This document shows positions 1-13,296 of a stretch of 64,000 nt of DNA, piece by piece. The stretch's first letter is position 1. Each line of letters opens with the position of its first letter. This DNA is from Zancudomyces culisetae HAW-14-8 (Eukaryota; Fungi; Kickxellomycota), in contig JBNJNM010000011.1 in NCBI GenBank assembly GCA_052426225.1, positions 1,488,001 through 1,552,000 of the forward strand, written 5' to 3'. A program made the translations under genes and the position numbers. The notes under the pieces are model-generated. The model did not search any database, was not told the DNA's origin, and was given only the letters and a program-made list of their open reading frames with translations.

Positions 1-800
1 GATGCCACCGAAAATTTGATAGAAGTAACAATAACAGTCACGGAGACTGAATCGTTCACTGAGACTGAGACTGAGACTATAACTGGGATCGAGGCGAATA
101 TTCCTACCACAACGGTATTTGAACCAACTACTGTCACTAATATGAATACAATAACCTCAATGAATACGACTATTTTAACTTTTCTAGATCTTTTACCATA
201 ACTACAACGGAGTTTACCACAGTTAGTAACCACGATGCTACAATTTTAATTACAACTCAACTTATGACTATAACACAAACTCAACCATTCACAGTTATGG
301 ATATGAAAAGTACCACTGTGACTGCAACAGAATCTCTTATATTAACCAATCCAATTACAACTACCTAAACAAAAATCTACACTACTGCACCAAAATGATC
401 CACTCAATCTACTACAATAAAAATTTTTGTTTCGATCACTTTAACCGCAACTGTCACACAATACCTTATAGTAACAACGTCAATTCCAGCAACTATGATT
501 TTGACAAATACTCCAATTATAACAGTTTCAAATCTTTGCAACGGTAATAGCAGTAAAAATAATGAGAACAGCGGAAATAATAATGGCAACATCAGCAGTT
601 GCAATGGCAACAAAAACAATGATATTGGAATCAGTGAGATTGTAGGCAATGATGACAACAAAGACAACAACGGAAACAGCAATGACAATGGCAACAGCGA
701 CAGCAAAGGCAAAAACGGTATAAAAAATCGCAATCTTGATATTTTACAGAATAAATTAATTTTGCTGCTTGAGAATGTTTGTAATCATCCTCACGTTTAG
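1..800 (+). pseudogene. Decayed Thr-rich (mucin/adhesin-like) gene, 3' part, with an Asn/Gly-rich tail
   Basis: Thr-rich coding-like sequence (TVTETESFTETETET...TITTTEFTTVS) continues across a frameshift near 190 and in-frame stops TAA 366-368 and TGA 396-398 into the 495-800 frame. The 5' end lies outside the window. Confidence 0.55.
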
Positions 801-2725
801 CAATATTACTTGTTTCAGAATTATACCTACCAAGCTAGTAGTGAAGAGTAAACTGAATGCTATAGATAAATATAATCATAAAGTAACCTCGTCTAAATTA
901 AGTGCTTCAAAAACATTTTAGAAACCTGACACACAAATACAGATTTCAAGATTACATAACCAAAGTTTGCGCCTGAACAACTCCCTCGCTAAATGCATTA
1001 ATGCGATAGCTTTATAAACTTTACATTTAAACAATTGGGTATTACTTGTAGGTTATTCACCATTCTTAAAAAAGTCTGCAAATCCATATCAATATGTTTA
1101 AAACTTTTTTTTTTGATATAGATATATAGAAAAAATCTAATAATCTCGATCTTTCATGTTGATCAATCCATAAATTGATTAAATCAGAGCGTTATATAAA
1201 ATGAAAAGCCATCTAAGGACTAAGAATAATAAAAATTACTTGTATACAACATATAGCAGACGATATGGTGCGCTACATTGGCCAATAAGACACATGTATC
1301 TTGAGCTACTAGGAATATTTATTTTTTCCCTTGTATTAAAAATGCTTAAATATATTTAAGCTTCAAGAATGATCATGTAATATGAAATAAAGTTATAACA
1401 CACAAAAATATTATAGTATAGAGCATCCGATGTACCCGTAGTTAGAACATGGTCCAAGACGAGTATATCAATTAACCTATTCTCTTTGTATTCATTTTTA
1501 AATTACCCAGCTGATCCCACTTGGTTAACTGATTTCTTAAATTCTTGTGACTCGGAAAAATGAAGTCTTAAAGAATATACAAAAGTTTCTGACCAAAGTG
1601 TAAATTAATATTTGTAAATTAAAACTCAATGTTATCACTAATGGTATTGAATTACTGTGAACATGATTCCAGCAAATGTTTAAAAGACTACAAAATCTAC
1701 AAGTTATAAATATAAAATATATAAATGAAATAGTTTAAGTCGTACTATATTCAAATATTTTATAAATATTAAACGCGAAATAACAATTATTTTGTTAATT
1801 TCTTTAAACATGTAATAGAAAACCAAATTTAATACCAATCCAGTTATTGTTGAAATAATATTAATAACTTTGCATTTTAAACTCAGAAAAAATGGGATAT
1901 AGTGGTATGAACTTTTGAAGATAAACATATATCATTAGTTTATCATCAAGTGAAATAGATAAATTGATAATATACTTTTAGATTTAGTTTTTTTAGTATT
2001 CAATGAAACTGGTTCATTGATGTTTTTTCTAATAGTATTAGTATATTACGCATCTGAATTGTTTCAATATTAGTTTATTTAGTTGGTTATTAGTATGTTT
2101 ATACATATTGGAAAAATATTTAAAGAGTTAATTTTGCATAAGGAAATAAATATCATTCTATCATACAAGCTTTATAGTATTAAATAAACAGAAACTGTCA
2201 ACTATCAGCCGTTTAAATTAAGTTTATAATTTAATAAAAATAATTATACAATACATAATATTCATATATACATAAAAAATATATAAACAATAGTACAAAT
2301 AATATAGTTTTATATGCTGCTTAACAAAATGTCATATAGTAAACCAAGACATACCTTGAAACAGTTTAGTTTAGTAATCAATTGTTTTAATTAGTATTAT
2401 GATTTTTATTACAAGTTTTAAACAGTATATACAAATTTATGCTTTAACTTTCAGTAGTAAAGTTTATGTATCTTTGTATAGTTTTAATAGTATTTTTTAA
2501 GTTAGCAGTAAAAGTATATAAGTGCAGGGAAATAGCACTAAATAAAACACATCTTTAATCCAAATAAATAGTAGTAATAAGTTCTTTTATTCAGTATACT
2601 AATATTCAATAGTTAATAATAACAATATTAACGGATATTTGGTATAGTAAGAGAATAGGATAAAGTTCAAGTATATTTTAAGTTAATAAAAGTTTAAGTA
2701 AAAATAAAAATATAACAAAAAAAAT

Positions 2726-2797
2726 TCTCGGATAGTATAGTGGTCAGTATCCCAGTCTGTCACATTGGAGACCCGGGTTCAATTCCCGGTCCGAGAG
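2726..2797 (+). tRNA. tRNA-Asp (GTC)
   Basis: Acceptor stem TCTCGGA/TCCGAGA, A-box TAGTATAGTGG, anticodon arm CCAGT-CTGTCAC-ATTGG, B-box GGTTCAATTCC, discriminator G. Confidence 0.97.
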
Positions 2798-2806
2798 TTC
2801 TGATAT

Positions 2807-2878
2807 TCCGATATGGTCCAGTGGCTAGAATTTCTCGCTTTCACCGAGACGGCCGGGGTTCGATTCCCCGTATCGGAG
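2807..2878 (+). tRNA. tRNA-Glu (TTC)
   Basis: Acceptor stem TCCGATA/TATCGGA, anticodon arm TCTCG-CTTTCAC-CGAGA, B-box GGTTCGATTCC. Confidence 0.97.
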
Positions 2879-2882
2879 TTAC

Positions 2883-2896
2883 TTTTACATTTTTTT
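2883..2896 (+). terminator. Pol III oligo-T terminator of the tRNA pair
   Basis: TTTT-ACA-TTTTTTT immediately after tRNA-Glu. There is no T-run between the two tRNAs. Confidence 0.7.
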
Positions 2897-4108
2897 AGTT
2901 TTGTTTACACGTATTTAGTTGGGATAATGGCTTAGTTTGCAATGGTTTGGAATTTGTTCATTATGCTCAGAATATATTATCATAAAATACATTTTTGAGC
3001 TAATGCGATGACTGAGTTTGGTATAGCACTGATTATGTCAGTTATACTCTGGTCTTGAATCACTTAACTAGTTCAGTTTACCGTTTATGAATATTTATAC
3101 CTACCTTTACTATTGTTATAAAGGTATACCAATGATCATTATTAGTATTTTCTTGTATCCAGTAGGACTTTTATACTATACACCAGTTGTTATTAATTAT
3201 ATGTTTATATATTTTTTTCAAGTTATGTTTCATATTTATTTCTTGTGTTACTTAATAATGCGACAAGTTAATAACAGTCAGTTTATAAACTCAAAAGTCG
3301 ATATTTTACCCTTTATTGAATAAAATAAATTCAAGTGATGCTCTTTTTAGCATAGTAAAGATCTGGATGTGGGCATACTCATTGTGTTTAATTTAATACT
3401 CACAATATAAACATTTAATGACCATTAACAAACTGAGTGATGGAAGCGGAAAATTGGTATGATCACTTCTGGACAATTACAACGTCTGATATGCCCATAA
3501 AGTACAAAACAATTAAATAAAATTATCACAACATTTTTTCCTGTGTAGTTATTTTTTGAACTTGCATTGCAATAGCTATTAGCTAACATGAGCTTTTGTT
3601 TCGATTTAGCACGCTCTACCTAAGCTAATAAAAAAAAATCCCACGAATGACTGTGATTGGAATCAAAGAACTTTCTAGAATTAGGCCGCATTATAAACGG
3701 AATTTTACATTGATTCTAGATTCTTCGCCATTTATTGCTATGTTCTTTTTATTTAGTGAGAAGAATCACTATTGGCTGAATCGAACCTAGAGTTTTCTGA
3801 TATTTTTTTGTGCATGGATTTAATAATTGCAACACCTTTAACTGAATGAAAGTAAATTGGCAATTGGCTAGAAAATTCTGAAATTTTAAAAAAAAAAAAA
3901 TAACTTCCAGGAAAAAAATGCAGGTTAATGCGCATCTCGCTTGATCATTAAATATCATGTTTAAAGTAGAATAACCATAGAACAAACAAACAAGAACCGT
4001 ATATTCCCCTCTTTTAGTATTATAACCAAATCTTTAACCGAGATATAACACAAAAATTTATATAGTTAGACGCAACACCCAAAGTTTTAGAAAATCCTAT
4101 TTGTCAAA

Positions 4109-6691
4109 ATGACACTCGAAAAAAAGACTGAAAAGTCTCAGCCCAAGCTAATCGTCGTTTCCAACAGATTACCAGTTACAATATCAAAAACTGAAAAAGG
4201 ATATGGAATAAGTCTGAGCTCTGGAGGATTGGTAACCGCGCTAGCTGGTCTTAAAAAGGAAATGTCCTTTACCTGGGTTGGCTGGCCCGGACAAGATTTT
4301 GATGAGGCTGAAAGAGTCCAAATTTCAGAATTATTAAAGGAAAAGTCGTGTGTACCGGTATTTATGGACGAGGAGACAGCAGATTTACACTACAATGGGT
4401 TCTCTAATAGGTAAGAAGCTTTTTTTTGTCTCAATCGCTGTCGTTTTTTGTTGTTTTTTTATTAATTTATTTGATAAACATATGACTATTGAGAGGAAGG
4501 AAAATGTGAACATAAGAGAGAGTGGTAACTGATTTCAAGAAAAAACAACTCTGTGCATAAAATGGCGCTATATAACGTACAAAAAACGATATTCAATATA
4601 AATAAATAAATGTGAATGAATATAAATAGCATACTTTGGCCGCTTTTTCACTATCATCCAGGAGAAATAAACTTTGAGCAAAGCGTATGGGAGGCTTACA
4701 AGAGGGCTAACCGGGCATTTGCAGAGGTAGTAATAGGTATGGTCAACAAAGGTGACATAGTGTGGGTGCACGACTACCACTTGATGCTATTATGCCAAAT
4801 GCTCCGGGAAGGGTTGGGTGTGGAAAAATATCATGTAAAAGTAGGGTGGTTTCTTCATACACCGTTTCCTAGCAGTGAAATATACAGAATTTTGCCTGTA
4901 AGGCAGGAGATACTCGAAGGCGTGCTTGCAGCAGATATGGTAGGGTTCCACACATACGATTATGCAAGGCATTTTTTGAGTAGCTGTACCAGAATACTTG
5001 GGCTACCATCCAACTCTGGTGGCGTGGAGGTGAACGGTAGAGCAGTAAAAGTAGGTACTTTTCCTATAGGTATTGACCCCGAGTTAATTATTCAAGAGCA
5101 AAGGAAGCCCAAGGTTCAGAAAAGACTAGAAGAATTCAAAAGACAATTTGAGGGTAAGCAGGTCATAGTTGGTGTTGATAGGCTTGACTATATAAAAGGT
5201 GTTCCGCAAAAGTTTTTAGCCTATGAAAATTTTCTTGAGACCCATCCCGAATATGTTGGAAAGGTTGTACTGGTGCAGGTGGCAGTTCCTTCAAGAGGAG
5301 TAGTTGAGGAATACCAACAGTTGGTGGTCACAGTCAACGAGTTGGTGGGGTCAATAAATGGGAAATATGGGACAGTTGAGTACACACCCATTCATTTTTT
5401 ACACAAGTCCATAGACCTGAGCGAACTAGTAGCACTGTATACAATATCAGATGTCTGTCTCGTCACCTCAACACGAGATGGAATGAACTTGGTGTCTTAT
5501 GAATATGTAGCCTGTCAAGGCGAACGACATGGTGTGCTTATGCTGAGCGAATTTGCAGGTGCGGCCCAATCATTGAATGGCTCACTAATAGTCAACCCAT
5601 GGAATATAGCCGAGGTAGGCAATGCACTACACGAGGCACTTTCAATGGACCCTGAGCGGAGGAAATCAAATTACAAAACCCTGTCAAGGTATGTGAATAA
5701 ATTTACTGCAGCATACTGGGGTGTCTCATTTGTCAAAGAGCTAAAAGCAACTATGAGTGATAGCGAAGATGTTCTTCGTATCTTAAAACTCACACCAAAG
5801 GTGGCAGGCATGAAATTTAGCCAGGCCAAAGGTATTAGACCAATCATCATCAACTATGATGGAACTCTCTCGTCAACACAAGACATGCCCGATTTTGCTA
5901 CACCATCACCGGAAATTCTAATGTACCTGGATAAATTGACAAAAATCCCCGATACATTGGTGTATATTTTTTCTGGACGTACCCGTGCCCAGCTCGAAAA
6001 ATGGTTTGAAGGTATCGATGTGGGGCTAATTGCTGAGCATGGGTGCTTTTATAAGCATCCTTCGACATTTGCCAAATACGACCTCTTGAAAAATTCTATG
6101 AGCCCAAACTTAGATATACAGAAGTCAGAAAGTGTTATGACTTTGGGCTCTCCTGTTTGCGAAAATAATGGATGGTTCCGATTGGTTAGTGGAAAGGGTC
6201 CAGACTGGCACGATTCCGTTTTGCCCTTATTTAGGCATTATACGGAAAGAACTCCAGGCTCCTTTATTGAACAGAAAGAAATTGACATTACATGGCACTA
6301 CCGAATGGCTGACCCCGAATTTGGTCTGTGGCAAGCAAACGAACTTCAAATGAACCTGGAAAAAGTGTTGGCCCACATGTCGATCACTATCATACTCAGC
6401 AACAAAACCCTGGAGCTACAACCTACAAATATCAGTTCTGCTTCTACAATTAAGCATGTCTTGACTGATATTGTGGACAAATATGGGCCTTTGGATTTCC
6501 TGTTGGTTGGGTGCAAGTCCAAAATTGATGAGCCTATTTTTACATTTATCAAGGATTCGGAACTGTCAAAGGATATTCCCAATCTTTTGACCTTCACTGT
6601 GGGTTTGAAGAAGACTGAAGCATTGTATTTTGTAAATGACGTCTATAACGTTCATTCTATATTAAAAGAGCTCATAAATACCAGTGACTAA
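4109..6691 (+). CDS. TPS1: Trehalose-6-phosphate synthase (GT20) fused to a degenerate HAD trehalose-phosphatase domain; intron 4411-4629
   Basis: Motifs VVSNRLP, SSGGLVTAL, HYNGFSNSILWPLFHY, WVHDYHL, FLHTPFPSSE, GVDRLDYIKG and RDGMNLV. A GT..AG intron joins ORFs 4109 and 4616 in frame. Confidence 0.95.
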
Positions 6692-7301
6692 TTGATTTTA
6701 TTTTTCCAAATTTATTTGCTTACGCTTTAGCTAAGATATGATTGTGTCTGCTAAATTTTATTCAAATAATAACTCTTCTTTAAATACACTAGTCTAAAAA
6801 TGCTAAGGTGATGAAAAAGGTGAGAAATATCTTTTTCTTCTGAGCTCCCACACTCATGTTCTTTTTTTTTTGTGCTTCAATTGTATTTACCTGTAGATCA
6901 GAATGTGTAATATTTGAGGTCTTCAAGACTTTCCATAGTCCGAAAATTGGGCTTAGTACACACACCTCGGTCAAATATTGAATTGTAACATCACATTATC
7001 AATTACGTTTTCTGCCTGACCCATGAAAATGGCAGATCTGAATGTTGCCCACTAGAAACTAGAGCTAAGATAATTCACCAATAAAATCACTTCAACCTCA
7101 CTTTGCGCAGTAGAGATTCATCATAAACATAAACCAAAATATAATAAAATGAAAATAAAACCTGACAGAATAAATTAAAACAAAAACCCCCAATGATACA
7201 GATAACTGCTAGAAAAGAATAGCTCTACTCAACAACAAAAAGCTTAAACAGTAAAGGGTCCAGCAGTAATATACAAAGAAACAGTTAATTCCTCTCATAA
7301 A

Positions 7302-9173
7302 ATGGAGCCATACAAGGAATATCTACGATTCGAAAGGGACAATAAAATAGCCCAGGACTTGTATTACTACGACAAAAAGCAACACGGAACCGAATTGGCC
7401 GAAAAAAGATGGAATGAGGAGTAATATCTACTATAGTAAAACATATTTTTGTTTTTAGGATGGAAAAAAGTGTTGAATCCAACAAGTAATATCGGCGATC
7501 CCGTGGCATCTTTGTATTGACAAGTAGATATACCTTGTATAAAAAATAGCCCCATGTACTTTAAAAGAGCTGAGATTTCGTCTTTAGCCTTGATAAAAAT
7601 GGTAAAATATCACACTACTCGCATACCCATGCCTTTTTTTTGTCTTAAATATAGTTTCATGCGAAGCCAGGATTTATTCAAACAAATAAGCAAAAAAAAA
7701 AGGAAGTTTTTCAAACTAAATCTACACATACGCTCAAACTTTGTTAGGCTGATCATGCTCATAATGGTGGAGATATTGAAGTTATGGGTTTGCTGCAGGG
7801 AAAAGTGCAAGGAACTTCAATAGTGGTTATGGATGTATTTGCTTTACCTGTCGAAGGCACTGAAACTCGCGTTAATGCTCAACAGGAGGCTTACGAGTAT
7901 ATGGTCAGGTACCTTGAAAACTCGAAAAAGGTAATTTCTCTGACCACTTTTTTGTGTACAGTGCTACAAGTGATTTCATAGAAGAGAATAATCTGTATTT
8001 GAACTGCTTTTGTTTTTATATATATGTTTGGTTTACATTATATCTGATCAACGTTTTGTGTTATTTTCAGGTTGGAAGAGAAGAAAATGTTATTGGGTGG
8101 TACCACAGCCACCCGGGCTATGGTTGCTGGCTTTCGGGAATTGACGTAAATACTCAAAAGCTTAACCAACGCTATCAGGATCCGTGGCTAGCTATCGTGG
8201 TAATTTATCTATCAAGCTGTACATTCAAAATATCTAAAATGAGAGTTTTCCAACTCACTACCCTCTGTAACTTAAAGACCTTATTTCAAAGCAATGGATT
8301 TTTTGATAGATTGATCCGAAAAAGACTGTTGAATCTCTAAAGGTGGACATAGGTGCTTTCAGAACATACCCTGAGGTAAAGTGAAATAAAATAACATAAG
8401 GCCACATTCGCACCGTTTCTTCAACTTTTTTCGTTTTTTAAAAAAATATGTGGTCACCAACGTGCTCATACGTTGAATTGTTAATTTAGGATTACTCTCC
8501 TGACATACCAACATCACGCAAAGCCGACTCTCTTCCTTCTGAAAAGATTGAAGACTTTGGAATGCACTCAAATATGTAAATTACCACATCAACTCGCTTT
8601 ATTAAGTAATAAATGTCAAAAAAAGATAATGTTTGTTTTAAATGCACCAAAACCATTATTGTATTTCTTGTCTGCCAACCTTAGGTACTACCAGCTAGAT
8701 GTCAGCTACTTTAAATCAAACATTGATAAACAGGTTTTAGATTCAATATGGACGCAGTATTGGGGCAACGTTCTTTCCAAGAAGATCACCACAGCGGTAA
8801 CTACTCATAATAACAAACTTTGTTATATCCCAAGTACACAGTTCAAAATTTGATTATATATTTTTATATACGTCATTGACAGCATACCAAGAGCTTGGAG
8901 TTGAAGATAAGGGCAGAGGCAGAAAAATTGGAAATTCTAGCCGATTCAACGCCACCTTCTGCTCCAAAAGATCAAGTATATGGCGGAAAACTTGCGAATT
9001 TCCCTGTAGTGATGTAAGTTAAGCACTGTTTTTTTTTTGTTAAAGCTTTTCTATCCGCTCATTTCTTACATATACAATAACATATTTTTTTCTACTCTAA
9101 AATTAGGCAAAATCTTAGCAGAGAATATAAAACAGTGCTGAAATCCGAAGAGCTGAAGTCTAATCTTTTCTAA
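7302..9173 (+). CDS. RRI1: COP9 signalosome subunit 5 (JAMM deneddylase), multi-exon
   Basis: Spliced exons give [39 protein letters not shown], the JAMM motif [25 protein letters not shown] and [11 protein letters not shown]. Confidence 0.93.
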
Positions 9174-10372
9174 ACTGTTCATACTAAGAGCGCGTATATC
9201 CAAAACACAGATTGCTTCACTTCTCTCTATCTTCTTTTTTTTGACTGGGGGGACGGGAGAAGTCCTACGAGTGGTTGGTCTTTCTTGAGCTTAAAACATC
9301 CGCAAATCAGCGGAAACACTATTTCATTTCTCATTTCTCTATAACAAGGTTTACCTTGACTCAACTCTAAATCAACATGACTCGTCAAATATAATGTTTG
9401 TGTTTGTGTTTGAATCTGTTTTGTTATATTATCTTATATTTGGTATCTATAAATTAATTGCTTTTAAATATTGGCGATAGCTGCTTACAACTTTCCTCCC
9501 TTTCCTTGGGTTATTTCATTTGATTATTGTTACAAACTTTGTATTTCGAGATCGTAAACAATACCATTAATCGTCAACCTGTCACAAATATACCTGGTTA
9601 AAGAATATTTACAGGTTTTCAAAATATCCAAGCAAGGACATGGTTCTTTTGCCAAAGTTGAATAATGTCTTTTTCGATGACTTTATTTTGTAGTAATACA
9701 TGTTATATATATCATGATGTCATTTTGGTACCGTCTACTTTGTATGATGATCATTTGCTGCTATTTTGGATTATTGTTCGCGCCTGAATTAATTTTATTT
9801 CCCGAAATTTCTCGGGACCTAGTCCACTACTCCCACTATTCAGGAATTTTTTGCTGCCCCACAAAATACATTTCTGTGCTTAGTGAGGTACTGGCAGAAC
9901 ATTTAGCCTGCCCATCCAACTATCAAGTGAATTTCGCCTTGCTAAAAGGACATGTCTGTAATTACCTAATCGAAAACAATCGGTATTTTTTATCTCCAAC
10001 AAGTAAATAGACAACAGAAAAAATCACCCACCAGGAATCGGAGCCTGCGCAATAATAAGTAATTGGCGTTCATTTTTATTGTAGAATTCAGATATTCTCC
10101 ACTTTTTTGGTTGCCATTCCCAATTATGAGTTGACCAAGATAATATTAGCAGTAACTCCAAAGTTTGTGATAAAAAATAAATAAAGGCTTGGGAATAAAA
10201 AACAAGCTGCTAGATATATTCCCAAATACTCAGCACCAATTCCTAAAGGCGTGGCATTCGCTATTAGAAGTAACCGCATTTGGATTGACATTGCTTCTAA
10301 TTGAAGAATTTCGGTTCCATTATTTTGCCTAAAACATCTTTATTGGGGCAACTACATTGTTTTGGGCCAAAA

Positions 10373-12103
10373 ATGGATTCCTACGAAGACATTATTGATT
10401 TTAATGATCCAGAGTAAGTCGTCTGAAAGATATGAATATACTTTGAATTGTGTTATTTTATAGATACAAAAAATGGCAAGAGGAAAGGTTTTTCTGTTTT
10501 GATGCAATTAAAAATATGTGGTTATAAAAAAAAGGTTCCTAACTAACCGATTTTTTTTTGGAATAGAGGATTTGCAAGTAGAGAGGAAGAATTGGAACAT
10601 TGGAAGAAGGAGGCATTTACAGCCAGGGAGCTCTACTTTGATTCTCAAATCCAATTAGAAAAAATAGAACGAAGTGCACAAGAGGCGAATGAAGCTTACA
10701 ATCAAGATATTTCCTCCTTAGAAAAGGCGAATAAAATACTTAAAAACGAAATCGAAAGGTTGAAAAGTGAAGTAATCCAGTGGAAGGTAGGACTATGTGC
10801 TTGTGTAGTTTTTTCTTTTCACTTGTAGTTTGTAATTTAAATGAAAGCCGGATAAAGTACAAAGAAAAAGTGGGTGCATTTACTAATACCTTGAATGACA
10901 AAACTATTTACAGGAAAAGTGCAGAAGGGACAAAGTAGAATATGAAGATCATGTGAACACAACGGAGCGAGAAATACATTTTATTCAATCGCAACATGAA
11001 TACTACAAAAGCCGAACAAGAGAATTAGAACAGGATAATGATGACCTCGAGAGGGCCGAAAGGTATTTATAATTTCCTCTTTTTGCGAGTCTTGTGCATA
11101 TTCTTTGGAATTTTTTGGACAAAAATTAACAAACAAGAGATATATAATATAGAGCAATACGGTCATCACTAATTGATGCAGAGGTTCAGCTGAAAAGGCT
11201 CTCTGCTGAAAATAAGAGTTTGATGACTGAAGTTCAAACAAAGGACTTGCTAGTTGAAGAAGTCCAGCGGCTCAAAGATGATTTACGAGGTAAGGCTAAG
11301 AATACAATGCGGTGTTTTCCCATATCCTTTCACTAAAAAAAGAAAGTTTGAAAGCAAAGCTTTTTTTTTTCTTTTTTTACAATTCTACACTAATCCTGGA
11401 TTATTATTCATAAAATATTTATTTGTATCTGTATGTACCTTTAATAGATCTAAATGTAGAGCTGAGTGTTGCGCGCAAGCATAAGCTCAGGCAAGTAGGA
11501 AGAGTAAGCTTGGGTGGGTTCGGGGCAAACCAGGGACTAGGGGACAATTCGACCAAGGATTCGGCATTTTCCAATATAGTTTCGAAAATCAAGACACTGG
11601 AGTCACAAATAGAAGTTGCTACAAATTCGTTAGGGCCCCTTTTAGCTAACAGAAACAATCATAGATCTACCACACTTGGAAGGCCAATATTACAACCAAG
11701 AACTCTAACTTCGAGTAAAAAATCGATGAACGACGCTTTGCTTCAAAAAAGCCCCAATCTTAATTCCAAGTCTAGCTCCAATATTATTCCGAACTTTAAC
11801 CATAGTTCCAGCCTCAAAAAAAGCCACACCCAGCACCAAGCTCTCTTAAATACAGCTACTAGAAACATTGAACCTCCTAAATTCCAAAGAGATGCCGCTA
11901 TGCGGTCCTCATTGTCGCCAGTCACCACTGGTCTTAAGCAACCTACACAGATCGCCAATAAAATTGTGGACTTTGCTGGCATGTCCGAGGCTTCTCGTTT
12001 GCGAATTGCCAGATCAAAAGCACTTAGGGCTGAGCTGCGCTCAAATTCATCTTCTATGTTCAACAAGGACAATAAACAGCAACGCGTCACTGAGAACGCC
12101 TGA
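10373..12103 (+). CDS. nudE: NudE/Nde1 family dynein regulator (coiled coil), multi-exon
   Basis: Spliced motifs FASREEELEHWK, RELEQDNDDLERAER and VQRLKDDLRDLNVEL, followed by a disordered Ser-rich tail. Confidence 0.85.
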
Positions 12104-12753
12104 GAACTGTGAAGCCCAGTGTTCTTTTACTGTACTTTCCGCTTTTTTTAATGTACTTGTTTTCTCTACATATACATCTACACCTATACCTACACCTACA
12201 TCCCTATCTTACACTTTTTTCATTTATTTACGTGAATGAACGTATTTTTTGGGTTAACTCACCATTAATGCATTCATACTTTAAAAGATAATGCTTGTTA
12301 GATATCGTTATCATTGTTTTTTTATTTTCTTACTTTAAGAAAGGGGCCGTTGGAAGAGTTAGTTATGAATCTTTTTTTTTCTTTGTACTAAAAGCATTTA
12401 GAAGTTAAATTGCAACTTTATTATAGGAAACCAATTCTATAAATACTTTTTTGTATGGACATCTCAAGCGTGAAATTAAGCAAATGATCTTAAACTGTAA
12501 AGTACCCTCCCAAAATGTTGAGCCAACATTAATAGTAAATTAAAAGGGCATAATGCTAAAATTACTATCCAAAGCTATACACTTTTTTTTTTGCATGCAA
12601 ATGCCCTAACGGATCATTACCGCCTGTGAATTTAAGTGTTAATAATAAATAATGATATTGGAAGTATAGCTATAGAGTTATTCAAATATTACAAGCGTGT
12701 ATAAATAATTGAGGCGACGAACCAGGCGTGACAGCTGATCAACATAATGGATA

Positions 12754-13296
12754 TCAGTTGGTGTTTTTTTGGCTGCTTTTAGTTGTCAGCGACACAAAAA
12801 TGTCATTTTCACAGACAAGATGGAAGCTGTCGAGGGCATCCGCTACGTTATCGGCAGCCTGGTTAATGAATTTGACATCGTCACGCAACTTCTCGTTAGA
12901 TAGCAACACCTTGCAAATATCAAAATCTGTTCTTCCCATTTCTATGTACTTGTCGCCCAACCCCTTTACTGGTGGAAGGTATTGTGACATATCTGTGGTT
13001 TTGTCGAATTCGAGCAATAAGTTTTTGTACTCCTTGCTTACTTCTTTAGCCGGTTGATAATTAATGAAAAACGATTGTTCAGAGACGTTAATGAGCTTGT
13101 TTGCCGTTTCAACTGTTAGTAACTGTAACCTCTCCTCGTCTTTAATCTTTTGAGACCGGTTCAAAGTTAGATCATCGTAGCTAACCTGATTCGTAACCTC
13201 ATTAGGCTGCTCGCTTATATGCGTATCTGTTAATAGACACGTTTCCTCATCAATTATCGCCCGATGAGTCTCAGGCTTGCTAACCAAGCAACCCAT
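12754..13296 (-). CDS. LAMTOR1/Meh1(Ego1)-like lipid anchor of the Ragulator/EGO complex
   Basis: N-terminal MGCLVS (myristoylation plus palmitoylation), acidic dileucine DEETCLL, core DEERLQLLTVETANKLINVS and C-terminal DALDSFHLVCENDIFVSL resemble LAMTOR1. Confidence 0.7.
   Translation of the reverse strand: MGCLVSKPETHRAIIDEETCLLTDTHISEQPNEVTNQVSYDDLTLNRSQKIKDEERLQLLTVETANKLINVSEQSFFINYQPAKEVSKEYKNLLLEFDKTTDMSQYLPPVKGLGDKYIEMGRTDFDICKVLLSNEKLRDDVKFINQAADNVADALDSFHLVCENDIFVSLTTKSSQKNTN

Noticed and set aside
366-398. Stop-codon reassignment or selenocysteine readthrough
   Set aside because: TAA, TAG and TGA all terminate conserved genes in this window. A frameshift is also present and there is no redox motif. 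I found no supportable selenoprotein or SECIS in the window.
1700-2720. Mobile element or organellar insertion in the very AT-rich stretch
   Set aside because: No terminal repeats, transposase or mitochondrial gene fragments were recognisable.
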